A stretch of DNA of 56,106 nt, the filler included, from Dugesia japonica (lineage: Eukaryota): NCBI GenBank assembly GCA_001938525.1. It is 5 parts of 5 records of this genome, joined end to end, with 100 filler letters (N's around TTAATTAATTAA, not from the genome) between each part and the next. Parts side by side here need not be neighbours in the genome. Positions count along the whole stretch, not along the records: positions 26,155 to 35,015 come from MQRL01614754.1; positions 35,116 to 47,686 come from MQRL01601587.1; 3 more parts are not named here. The stretch is one strand, 5' to 3'. Within the stretch, counting starts at the first letter, position 1; every line of letters starts with the position of its first letter. A program made the translations under genes and the position numbers. Of the stretch, positions 26,155 to 37,989 are shown in pieces. The notes under the pieces are model-generated. The model was not told the DNA's origin. It did not search any database and saw only the letters and a program-made list of their open reading frames with translations.

Positions 26155-26269
26155 ATTTTGTCAAATATATGCATTTTGGCATCTAAAATCCTATTACCTG
26201 GCCTAGTCACTTACTACCTACATCTACTTATATATATATATATATATTAGACATTTTGTTTTTATGATA

Positions 26270-26690
26270 CATAACGTCATGAATTAGGAACTTGTTCAGT
26301 AATGAAGCACGCAATTATTTTAACAGACGAAACTCCAATTAAAAAAAGAACGTACAATCAGGAGATTTGCACGGAGAAAATTGAAGATATGCTAGTAAAT
26401 AATGTGATAGAACCGAGTTGTTCATCATGGGAATTTTCAGTAGTATTAATTAAAAAGAAAGACGGATCAACGAGATTTTGTATTGATTATCGAGATTTTA
26501 ACCCTAAAACAAAGAATGATACATATCCATTACCAGACATAAACCAGATGTTAGTGCTATCATATAATGCAAAATCTTCACGACGTTAGATTTACGAAGC
26601 GGATATTGGCATATCAAAATAGAAGAAGCAGAAAAAGAGAAAACAGCGTTTTCAGCAGGAAAAGATTTATATCAATTCATAGTATGTATA
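26270..26690 (+). mobile_element. Ty3/Gypsy reverse transcriptase N-terminal half
   Basis: VIEPSCSSWEFSVVLIKKKDGSTRFCIDYR..DTYPLPDI, then after a frameshift FTTLDLRSGYWHI..EKEKTAFS; ends abruptly (deletion). Confidence 0.93.
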
Positions 26691-26802
26691 ATATCAATAG
26701 TGGTAATGACACGGCCGATAAAAGATCGGAATTTAGGCGAAAAAATTATACGAAATAAACGAAACTACGACAGCAACAAGCTGAGCAAAAAAAACGGTCA
26801 AA

Positions 26803-28565
26803 ATGATAGATAAATGGTTATACATATTACTAGCATTAATAATGATAAAGGTAGTCCGAGGTGAAAGTACATGGACAAAGAGTCCGACAATAATAAAGAA
26901 TCAGAGTAAAAATGAGAATAACAAGTATTGGACAATAATACTAACAGCAGCTATAATGACGTCAATAACAATGTTATTAATTTTGTTGACGATCGTCTTA
27001 AAAGGCGAAAAAACGGATAAACGAAGAGAAATTGAAATGGAAACGCCAAGAGGAGTAGGTCAAATGCTGATTCCGAGGGAATTTATGGATATATATGATA
27101 ATAATTGTGATTATGATACGAGCAATTAATGGAGAGAAGTGCTACGATTATGAAGATGTACATACAGAACATCGAGTATATATAACGAGATACGAGGTAA
27201 AAGTGCTGACAATATGGAGAAAAAGATTAAGACGCGTTCTATCAAAAGGAGGTCATTATACGGAAACAGAATATGGAGCTCCGTTTACATGGGTACAACC
27301 TGGCATACAGGTAAAAGGGCACTCAAAGACTGTAAAGATTTTCAGAGAATCTTGAGATAAAAGGAGAAAAACCGCATGAAATGCAATTAATACAATACGA
27401 AGGGATTTATGAAAATCCTTACCGAGAGGAAACGTGGACGTCTAGTTACCGCAAAGATTCTTGAATTTTCGAAGTTAGAAGAAGCTTTAGTATATATTAC
27501 AAAAATTATTTTCACATCCTATACTCAATACAAGATTGGAACAAACTAACATGGGGGAGAAACGAGGGATATTGTGCTAAGAAACAAGTATCATATATAT
27601 CACATTTTTGGAAATTTACACCAGAAGGAGTGCATGAAGTACTTTGGACAAAACGAAGACGAAAATTTGAAGCCAAACGAAGTGATATATCCTACAGCAG
27701 GAGAAGTACACTCGTAATCATGAAAAATTGGGCAGGAAAGTTTGTGGACTTATCAGTTTTTCGAGAAGGAAAACAAAATATGAGAATCAAACATTATCTA
27801 TCACTTAATGATTGGAAAAATGGTGATTTGTTATTGGAATATAAATGGGACGACAATCAACAAGAATTAAAACGCGAAATACATTTGAGATATGGAATAT
27901 GGTTCGAAGTAGAATATATGATAGTGTGGGAGCTACCACTAGATAAAACGACGAAACGAGTCATCAAACCAAGAAATACAACAAGAATGACAATTGAACC
28001 AACGACGACAACAAAGTTAACCAGTAAACAAAAAACGACGCGAGGTAGAGAGACGACAAAACCAGAAACAACGAAGATGAGTAAAGTAAACAACATTACA
28101 GAAATCAGTACAACCGGTAAAAGAGAAATGATCAAAGTGAATAAACATGAAACTAGAATGAAAACGAACGAAAGATCAGAAACTTCGATAAGAGTGCTGA
28201 ATCAGGAAAATGATATTTTTGAAAGACTGATGGAAAAGATGGCAAGGGCCAACGAGATATAAAATCAAACCAGAGAAAATGAAACAATTAAAAAAAGTGA
28301 CGACGATAACGACGATATTAGAAACGGATGGTCAATGAGACTCATTGGAAGAGTTGGTGGAATCTTAGCTATAATATTGTTAACAATAATCGTATGTGTA
28401 AAAGCGAGAAAGGGACAATATGGGAGACCGAAAATTCTAACATTTGTAATATTAATTGATTTTGAAACAGTACTGGTATTATTCCTAAAAGGAATATATG
28501 GAATAATTTTTAATTTGATTAACCATTTCAATCTATTTTTTCTTAATTTCATAATACTTTTATAA
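26803..28565 (+). pseudogene. Env-like membrane glycoprotein or polyprotein (frameshifted)
   Basis: Signal-like WLYILLALIMIKVVRG, TM, second signal-like segment IIIVIMIRAING-EKC, aromatic ectodomain, Thr-rich stalk with NTT/NIT sequons, TM GILAIILLTIIVCV followed by KARK; same strand, directly after RT. Confidence 0.6.
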
Positions 28566-30239
28566 ACATCATTGTCTTTATTAAATGAATCAATAGAACT
28601 GTTAGGCTAGAACATATAATTTTAGTGCAAAAGAGCTAACAAAGCATCCCCAAATAATACGAAAATTAACAGAGAACCAGCGGAAAATTAAGTAAAAAAT
28701 TCGTGCTGGACCAGATATTTTGCCTTATAGTATNATTATTATTATGTAATTATTATAATTATAATTATTATACGATTATTATTGAAACGGGAAAAAATTG
28801 AAAATTGGGCGTAAAGGACCCAAATTTGGAGATACGACGATGAAATTTGGATGTACGAGTGGGAAATGATAAGACAAATAATAAAATTAATATAAAATAC
28901 TATAATAAAATATTAAAGGGGCCTCTGCGACCCATTATTGTTATTATAAATAACGCTAATTNNNNNNNNNNNNNNNNNNNNNNNNNNNNNNNNNNNNNNN
29001 NNNNNNNNNNNNNNNNNNNNNNNNNNNNNNNNNNNNNNNNNNNNNNGATGATTCAGTCGGAAAACTAAACAGTGAGACAAGGACATTCTCCTGACGACAC
29101 GAATTTGGTTTTTCCAAATTAGTTGTCAATCAATCGTGCATGCAGGCAAGCAAAGTTGTGGTGCGATCATTCCCGATATTCGAGAAAATCTGTTTCCAGG
29201 AACCAATGAATGGACGGGATTTTGAAATGCGAATCGACGATTGGACGAGTAATGAGAACTCTCCAGTCGTGGTGTCGATGAAGTGAATAAAACAAGATTA
29301 CTTAAAAAGGAGAAGAGAGAAAAAAAAGTGAAAAAATTATTTTTTAGCAAAATTTTATGCCAAATTTTTGAAATTTCAATTCATTGTGTAACAGCAGTTC
29401 CCGGAATATTTTATCCATCCTACAGTTATTCAACGACAACAGAAGTAACATTTATTGATTGTATTTTATTATTTTTGTATTTTTACAAAATGAAAAATCA
29501 ACATATCTATTATGAAATTAAAATTATCATGTCCGAGTGTCCGCATTAGAATCCTTATGAGTAACAAAATCGAATTATGAATTTAATGACGAGGAGAATT
29601 CCGAAACGGGATTTTAAAAAAAATAGGAACCAAGAGATCACGGGAATTCAGAGGAATTCGCCGGGTAGCGTTTAAGCATAGAAAGGAGAAATCGAGGCCG
29701 AGAATTGTATCGCAAAAATAGGCTATTTGTCAAATTTCAACGGATATAAATTTTATAGAACTTTTTCTGATTCCCCGATGGGATCACTGTTTGGTTTGAT
29801 CTACTTTGAGTGATAGAAATTTTTTCCTTTTTGTCAAAAGCCGTATGAACATTTAATAAATAATAAAAATTATTATTCGAAATTCTCATTGATTTATTTA
29901 TTATTATTTATTTTATATGATCATTCATTATAATTAACAGATGTATTNNNNNNNNNNNNNNNNNNNNNNNNNNNNNTAAATCGAAGTGCAACCATTTCGT
30001 AATGATTAGGGAACGATTAATAGAGTTTGGCGATAACGGGAACGAGGAAAGATATCTATTACCAGTGGGTATCTTCTCTGGTTCGCGTTATGGGATGGTG
30101 GAAATGGTAATAGGCCCCAGGCCGAAGAAATCGTGCAAAAATCATGAGCTATTTAAAATTTGATTTTATTTTATTGTGGTCATTTTGATGACAGTATCGT
30201 ATATAGAGTAAATTGATAAAAATGATCATAATTTATTAG

Positions 30240-30602
30240 ATGATGAAAAACAGAAGAAATTTGAAGCGACCACGATATATATGGCCGTACATCTATCGCA
30301 ACGGCTACTACTATATCGAGTGGACGGAGGTCCAGGAAATGATCCGCGACGAGAAAATAAAACGGAAAGAAAAGACAACGGAATTGAGGGCGGATCTCGA
30401 GGTGGTCCATTTGCGGATTGCCATACTCGAAGCCAATAATACGCTGGTGGCTTCGCAACGGGATTGGTTGATGGCGGTCCTCGAGGAGACCGAGTCGACA
30501 GCCACTGCCGGGGACGTCCAACTGCCAGAGATGGATCTAGGTGGGAACGAGGTTGAAGAGGACGAGTTGGATTCGCAGGCCGAACAAGAAGAGGGGAAAT
30601 AA
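30240..30602 (+). CDS. Intact 120-aa basic / coiled-coil / acidic protein, possibly the last exon of a spliced accessory gene
   Basis: Open GC-richer frame directly after ttattag; an upstream frame (~29977-30106) ends at |gtaata in phase. Confidence 0.55.
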   Translation: MMKNRRNLKRPRYIWPYIYRNGYYYIEWTEVQEMIRDEKIKRKEKTTELRADLEVVHLRIAILEANNTLVASQRDWLMAVLEETESTATAGDVQLPEMDLGGNEVEEDELDSQAEQEEGK

Positions 30603-31478
30603 TGAGGAGCCTGCTGGGCCTGAGTGGTGCTAGCACGGTCTCAAGTGTAGTAAAAAAATAAAAAAATTTCTAAATGTATTGAAGAATTTGCTATTGATTT
30701 TTTTTAATTTTAAAATTTGGTTGTTATAGTAAATAGGTGAAAGTGTGATATGTACGTCACGATAATCTGCAGAGACAGGGTTAAATCAATTGCGTTTCAT
30801 TTTATTTTATTTCGTTTATTCGGAAGTTTTTAGAATTGTCATAACTGAGAATAGAATAATTATAAAATTCGAAAAATATAAATTATAATTATTGCACGTT
30901 AATTATTTCAGAAATGATGCCAAAATTCTGCAGAAGGGCAAAAGACCGTTCAAAGCTCATGTTGGATGATTTGAACATTTCGGCTAAAATTAAATATGTG
31001 CCGAATTATTTTTTTTTAAAATTTATTTTAATTCATTAGAAAAGTCAATTTTCGATCGTGTAACCTCATGTTTTAGTCAGTAGAAGTGTATTATTTATAT
31101 TTTACAATANTTTTATTTTGAAAGATATTGACATAAATGAGTTCCAATTTTATTATTCGCCATTGTGCCTGTTAATATTTAACATTAATCGTGAAAACCG
31201 AGTATGGTGTAAGGGAATATGGGAAAACGATATGATCAATTTAAATTTATAATGACAACGAATAATGAGCAAATGAGTGGGTGATAATTGGGATTCCTGA
31301 AAAAGAAACGTAAGACGTGATACCACAAAGTCGCGCTGAACCCGCAGAAAAGAGGTGCATGTCACAGAGGTGACTAAATGCTTGTGGTTTTTAGGTATGC
31401 CCCTAGATGAAATATATCGGATTTATTTAGTTACGGAAATAATCGAATATGAAGAGTGCAGATATTAAACTCAGATAT

Positions 31479-31937
31479 TCAAAATCCTAAAAATCCAACA
31501 GAACCATTTTCAACTCGTGATGTAGTTGGTGTATTTGTTGTATTATTCACATTGTCTTTATATAAAAATGACGAATTAAATGTGTTCGTATAAGTGGTAT
31601 TATTAACTGTGTTTTTATACAAAGACGATGAATCAAATGTTGGCCTTTGTGTTTTATTATTCACACTACTGCTTTCAAATGCTCGATTACTCATTTGTTG
31701 ATTAGCATTAAATGGTGTGCTGTGCATAAGTGGATGTTTCATTTTAACTGGTGTTTTAAAAATATCTGAATTACCTGTGACATTAATTGGACCAGATGTT
31801 GAAGCAACCATAATTTTTTGTGCTCCAAGTTGCATTTGTTTTCGTTTTGCAATTTTATTTTCATACCCTCGTGTGATTTGATTGGATCGATTTAATTTAT
31901 AAACTTTGTTTCTACCTGTGTTTTTCATTATTTTCAA
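31479..31937 (-). CDS. Hypothetical N/T/S-rich protein with internal repeats
   Basis: 152 open codons in AT-rich DNA; repeats FESSSVNNKT / FDSSSLYKNTVNNTT / FNSSFLYKDNVNNTT. Confidence 0.35.
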   Translation of the reverse strand: MKIMKNTGRNKVYKLNRSNQITRGYENKIAKRKQMQLGAQKIMVASTSGPINVTGNSDIFKTPVKMKHPLMHSTPFNANQQMSNRAFESSSVNNKTQRPTFDSSSLYKNTVNNTTYTNTFNSSFLYKDNVNNTTNTPTTSRVENGSVGFLGF

Positions 31938-32382
31938 AATATTTATTTATGCCAAAGTTCAGTAAAACAAATGAATGCGGCGACATATCAAGCGATACTG
32001 GCGGATCTGTTAGTACTAATGACAATAATAACACATCATCATCTTGCATGTATATTGTAAAATTTTATTTTATTAAATTATAAGAATTAAAGGGACACTC
32101 TCAATCAACATTACGAAATTTGGAAACAGATAACGAAGCAAACAATAAAGACAAAGGAAGCTCACTTGAACGAACTACTGAATGTAATAAACGAGCAACA
32201 AAGAGAACAAATGTTGATATTGATAATGTTAGCCTTTCATCACCCAAACGAATTTATTTTAATGAAGATGAATTTGAATCTACCAGTGAATTGCCAGAAG
32301 TAGACAGCAAAAGGCACCATCATTATACATTTAATTTTACTTAGGGTAAATTTACAACTATGGAAGATTAATATGTTAATTA

Positions 32383-33225
32383 ATGGACGCAGACGAAAAA
32401 CTAGAAGAGCTCACTGCAGACTAAATAAGAGGGGATCGTGAATTCGTGCCATATTATACAAATAGCGACAGCGAAGATTTCTTAGGGTCCGAAACAGACA
32501 TTTTTATATTTGAACCAGGTGGTAGTCTGATAGACCTGACCGAAAAAATAAATACGAATAAAGATAGAATACATCTAAAGAGATTATCTTCAAAATACAT
32601 ACCATTAAAATTTGGAAAAACCAATTCATTTGACAACAATCGAAAATACTATCGCGCTAAAAAAGGTGCGTTACTCACTTATAATAAATCAATAAATATA
32701 ACTATATATGTATATAATCCAGTAGTATCATTTTCACATAATATATACAGATAATTGTAGATATATTTTCAAAAAGAAACCGGCTTTTCAATCAAGATTA
32801 TTATTCCTTCAAAACAAAGCACAAATAATGTTGTATGAAAAACATAGGGACATCCCAAACTCATTTGATTATCATTGGAATGATATCGCTCTAATTACCT
32901 TATTTATTGAGGAACACTTTCTTTGTCCTGTGTTATGACCAACCTATAGTACCCCGAATTGCACAATGCGGACACTATTTTTGTTTTACATGTATAACTC
33001 AATACTTCGATATAATCTTCTCCGATGATTTACCATGTCATCCTTGTAGATCTTACAATTAATAATCAAAAACCTCAAATGTGTTGATTTTTACTATACA
33101 CAATGTCCCACAATATGTTAATTAATACCTTTCGAATTGTTAATAAAATTACCCTATAATAACTGCGCGCGTATCGCCAACTTGACTCCGTTTATGCAAC
33201 AAAAAGACATACCAGAAACGTGTAA
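32383..33225 (+). pseudogene. RNF10/Mag2-like C3HC4 RING E3 ligase gene, intron-containing and disrupted
   Basis: GT-AG intron 32666-32750 joins in frame to FQSRLLFLQNKAQIML..HWNDIALITL..CP(V)CYDQPIVPRIAQCGHYFCFTCITQYF..CHPC..FRIVNKITL; frameshift at ~32930 and later stops; RING not in ORF track. Confidence 0.8.
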
Positions 33226-33465
33226 TTCAGTAAGCGATTATCTCACAATTTGTCTACAAAGAGATGCCGAGCAAGGAAAGGCCAACTAGCAAGAATCCTA
33301 ACTATATCCCATATATCAACAGACATTTTCACAAGAACTTTCATCTTTTCCTTAATTCGTTTCACCAGAAACTGAATTCGGAGTTTGCATTTTCAATGAA
33401 AATTGTCTTAATACGATCCCTTCTCTTTATCATAATATAGCCTACCCTTATTTTTCAGCATCTTT

Positions 33466-33722
33466 TGTGAAGGGGATGCATATGTTGAGATCCCACATAT
33501 ACAAACATACATACATGCCACATACTCAGACACACACACACACAGACAGATAATAAATATTCAAAACCAAATCAGAGAACCAAACATATAATAGTAAATC
33601 AATGCGACGGTCAAATACAAGTGGAAGAATAATTTGAAGTTCCCCGGAATGTTGTCATTATTATCAAACGCTATAATACTNNNNNNNNNNNNNNNNNNNT
33701 ACTGTAAATCTTTTATACAACA
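33466..33722 (+). mobile_element. Polypurine tract and start of putative 3' LTR
   Basis: GTGAAGGGGATG then TGTTGAGATC at 33483; the same 10-mer is a terminus (19699, minus) of the TSD-flanked element; possible CAACA end at 33722 beyond an N gap. Confidence 0.6.
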
Positions 33723-35015
33723 AAAATAAAAGTTTCAAAAAGTGTTATTTCATTTATTTATATAAGGAGATTTGCACATATATTATCTTATTTAAACTTT
33801 TTTTATAATTATATTAAAACTATATAATGCTGTATTTACACAAAAAAAACAACCTAAACAAACAAAATACCGATTTCAATAAAATACTGATTTGTAGTAA
33901 ATAGAATTAATATGGAGCAAGTTACATTCTTTTTGAGCCAATTTAAAATCTTTGGTTGAGTCAAGTACCCAACAATAACAATGCACATATAGCTCAAATT
34001 ATGTATGATTTTAACAAAAATATCATATTTGTGTGGATATAAAATAGACAGAAATGAATTATTTTTTAAAAATGAATATTAGATTTTATTGTATCAATAA
34101 CAAACACTTAACACTAAATATGCATTAATTTCATGAACCTTTCATGATTTAACAATTTGGAGCTTATTATTTTCTGTTCAAAATAAAGGTGTTTAAGTAA
34201 TTTTTAACTATCATGAAAATAATAAGGCCATTGAAATTTTAGAAATTCCCTAGAAATCAATTTTTTAAAAAGAACATTCTGTCTCCACTAAATAACATTT
34301 CAGGTATTATGATAAGCAATAATTTAGGCACTTCAAAAATCTTCTTTAGTTATAAATGCCTTTAATTTTCAAAAGTTAGGATTTTATATTTTACAGTTTT
34401 TAAGAGATTCCANNNNNNNNNNNNNNNNNNNNNNNNNNNNNNNNNNNNNNNNNNNNNNNNNNNNNNNNNNNNNNNNNNNNNNNNNNNNNNNNNNNNNNNN
34501 NNNNNNNNNNNNNNNNNNNNNNNNNNNNNNNNNNNNNNNNNNNNNNNNNNNNNNNNNNNNNNNNNNNNNNNNNNNNNNNNNNNNNNNNNNNNNNNNNNNN
34601 NNNNNNNNNNNNNNNNNNNNNNNNNNNNNNNNNNNNNNNNNNNNNNNNNNNNNNTTTAAAACCAACTAATTTAGTTGACCAAACTACTTAAACAATCAAA
34701 GTATGAATTCACTAAATAAAATAATTTTTTGATTGGAACTTTTGTTAAATTTATAGTGATTAATAGTTTAAATATTTATATTCATAAATTTATTGTTTTA
34801 TGTTTTCTTATTTATTCTTTTTCAACTTTAATTTAATTATTCCATTTAGGAACATGAATTTTTAAAAAAGCTCTTCAAAATCGAAAATCTTTATACAAAC
34901 AAAATAAGTACATAAAGATGTAAGAATATAATATTTGATAAATTTATTAAAAAATTTTCTCTTATTCCCTTTACAGCATATTCTCTCATATGATGAATAT
35001 AGCGAATGTAATATA

Positions 35016-35115
35016 NNNNNNNNNNNNNNNNNNNNNNNNNNNNNNNNNNNNNNNNNNNNTTAATTAATTAANNNNNNNNNNNNNNNNNNNNNNNNNNNNN
35101 NNNNNNNNNNNNNNN
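35016..35115. other. Artificial contig linker
   Basis: N44-TTAATTAATTAA-N44. Confidence 0.97.
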
Positions 35116-36254
35116 ATGAATGAGTCACCAAACACTAATAGAAACACATGTTGTAACTGTAAATCTCTCAATACTAGTAAAACATGTCCATTTTCTTGTT
35201 AATAAATAAGAAATATTTTTGAAACAAAATCTGATTTAAAAAAATATTCCAAAAACTAAACTTATTAAAGTCATCAAATTTAATTTGAAAAAACAAATAT
35301 GCATTTGATTTCATTGAGAACAAAATGTCACTACCAAATGTGCTGTTATTAATGAACAGTAGTTTTTCACAATCATGAAGTTTTTTTCAATTAATCCTCA
35401 CGGAAATGGAATAAAAATATCAATATGAAAATTCAAATATAAAAATATTTTCTAAGTGAATAAATATCTCAATCGATTATTTATATTTATTTGTATTTTT
35501 GTAATTGGATTGATTAAGTGGTTTAATTGGAATTTTAGAATTGATTTCCATAAATTAGATAAAGAAATTTAATCTTCCATTCTATTAGAAAATTATTAAT
35601 GAGTACTTTTAAATCGATTTTGATTTCTTGATTGATTTATGCCAAATAAAATTATTATGGGTTGAAATATAGATCTGCTATTTTTGTTTAATCATCTAGT
35701 TTATTTAACTATTTAATTTGGAGATTGTATTTAATAATAAATTGCAAGTATACTTTTTATGTTAAGGAATTTTTCAATTTTAACCCAAATAAATGTTGCA
35801 ATGTGTGTACAAACTGAGTTCCATTTAAACTGGTAGATGAATAATATTTAGAAAGATATTATTTACTTTGAATTTAGTTCAAATATTGATCCAATATGTA
35901 CCTTTCGATTTGCGAGTAATATAGATAAAATTGCTTATTTTTTATTAAAATTGAATTTTTATAAAGTTCTAATTACAAATGATGTCAAAGTGAAATAATT
36001 ATTACATAACAACCACCAATGTTTATATCTCAATATGATGACACAAAATTTAATCTACTTTATGGAATATTTCAAATNNNNNNNNNNNNNNNNNNNNNNN
36101 NNNNNNNNNNNNNNNNNNNNNNNNNNNNNNNNNNNNNNNNNNNNNNNNNNNNATAACAAAACCTGCAAAAATTTATTCTTTATTGAAAAATGATATATCT
36201 AATTACTAAACGGCGAAGTCATATTTGTACACCTAAAAATTTTCATCTTTTCAT

Positions 36255-36360
36255 ATGAATTCATTTAAAATAAAAACTTCGATCGAAATTAGTTTTTTTT
36301 TTGGTTTTTTTAGATTAATTCGATATTTCGACTTTGTATTCGTTAGGAATTGACTTTCGT
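36255..36360 (-). repeat. Penelope-like repeat copy (subfamily A)
   Basis: Reverse complement reads AAGTCAATTC-CTAACGA-ATACAAAGTC-GAAATATC-GAATT. Confidence 0.75.
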
Positions 36361-36376
36361 CATATGAAATCTAAAG

Positions 36377-36737
36377 CATCGTTTCTCAGCCTTTACTATC
36401 CATGATTCAATACTTGTATTGATAAAAGTACTGTAATCAAAATATTCTCAATAACTAACCTGTTTCCTATTTATCTATGTATTTATTTTTCTCGCAATAC
36501 GAAACACGTCATAAAGTCAAACGCCATGATGAACTCGGTTGAGGTTATACAGCTCGTTGTTGATGCTCTGATTGAGTTAGGATGTAATTTATTTCTTAAC
36601 TATAAGGTAGTGATATAACATTATAAGCTTCATCAATGCTTGAGACCAGAAATTACGAAAAAAATATATTTCAACGATGTAATATATACTATCAATATTT
36701 TGCTATTAGTACGTGACTCATAAGTTAAGAAACACTG
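36377..36737. mobile_element. hAT (Buster/Charlie-type) MITE
   Basis: Ends CATCGTTTCTCAGC / GTTAAGAAACACTG; TSD ATCTAAAG / ATCTAAAT with central TA. Confidence 0.7.
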
Positions 36738-36784
36738 ATCTAAATCATCACATGTTAGACTTATACACTGTAAAGAGTGTAGAC

Positions 36785-37233
36785 CAGTGTTTCCCAACGT
36801 GTTGCGTACGCCCCACAGGTGTGCAATTGACAAATGAATTTTTAAAGAATGCAAATGTAACCATATGGCGATTCTAAGTCATCTAACAGTCTTAGTAAAT
36901 ATCCAGTATGGAGTGCAAATAACCTTTGGCCGCAATTTCAATATTTCGTGTTATTTTTACTAAGTATCTCACAGCGAATGACTCTGCATGAGAGCAATGA
37001 AATGACATTATGAAGTGGACGAGATGCATTCAGATAACTTCGATTCGAATCACTGAATATATTAGGTTTAATTGAATTATTATGTTTGTTTAATAACTTC
37101 CTTGTTATTTCTACCTGAATTCCATCATTAAAGATACTTATTGAACAATTAAAAAATTTTATGTTATTTGGGGGACATATTAAAATTTTAAAACTTAGGT
37201 GAGGCAAGGCAAGAAAAAGGTTGGGAAACACTG
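36785..37233. mobile_element. hAT (Buster/Charlie-type) MITE
   Basis: Perfect TIR CAGTGTTTCCCAAC / GTTGGGAAACACTG; perfect 8-bp TSD GTGTAGAC. Confidence 0.92.
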
Positions 37234-37449
37234 GTGTAGACCAAGATTTTGCTTTCTATCTATATATATTCTTTTAATATGTTTTTTCTAATATCTTTTC
37301 TATAATTTTAAATATAAACATGCTGAAAAATTAATTTTATCAAATCATACGTATAGATTATAATATCTGCAGTAGCAGTATAAAATTGAATATATATACG
37401 GTGTTATTTCTATCTTAGTCAAAATTGGTTCGGATGATGTCGAATATAC

Positions 37450-37989
37450 TAAAGAAACTATGTAATGGCCAACAGATAATTTTAAAATTTTGACACGCTG
37501 ATTTTTATTGGTATTATTCATGCGGCAAATTTCATGAACTTTTTCAATGGTTCATAAATGTGGCACTATAGTCGATTGGTGATAATCCATCATAATGGTT
37601 AATTCCTGAATGATCTGAAGTAGATTCTCATGAATTAAAATGTTTTCCAGTACGTTGAGAATAGTTTCTGTCAAATGGCCGTCTTTGGAACGGCAAAACC
37701 ATTTTCCTGTTATATTAACCTCCAATATAACAGTCTTTCCATAAACTGCATAAATGGTCTCCGATGCATTAACTCACCTGATGAATTCAAATAGTAATAT
37801 ATGACAAATATGGCCATATTTTTCTATTTCACACTCCGTTTTAAAATTATCGCCAAATGAAAATTTTCTAAAATAATTCGTTTAAACAATAGTATGTTAT
37901 TAACATAACTTTAAAATCTCGTAAATATTTATTTTATTTTAAACCAATGTTGCTTTGCAAAAATGCTACAGACCTATGCATCAACCTAA
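37450..37989 (-). mobile_element. 5' part of a decayed mariner element
   Basis: TA-TTAGGTTGATGCA terminus; HILLFEFIR*VNASETIYAVYG..KWFCRSKDG helix-turn-helix and STIVPHL. Confidence 0.78.

Noticed and set aside
27857-28552. Hydrophobic minus-strand ORFs
   Set aside because: They are shadows of the A-rich plus-strand env-like frame.
37778-37868. Apparent further WDR62 exon with AG/GT borders
   Set aside because: Wrong phase, and the translation matches a mariner HTH.
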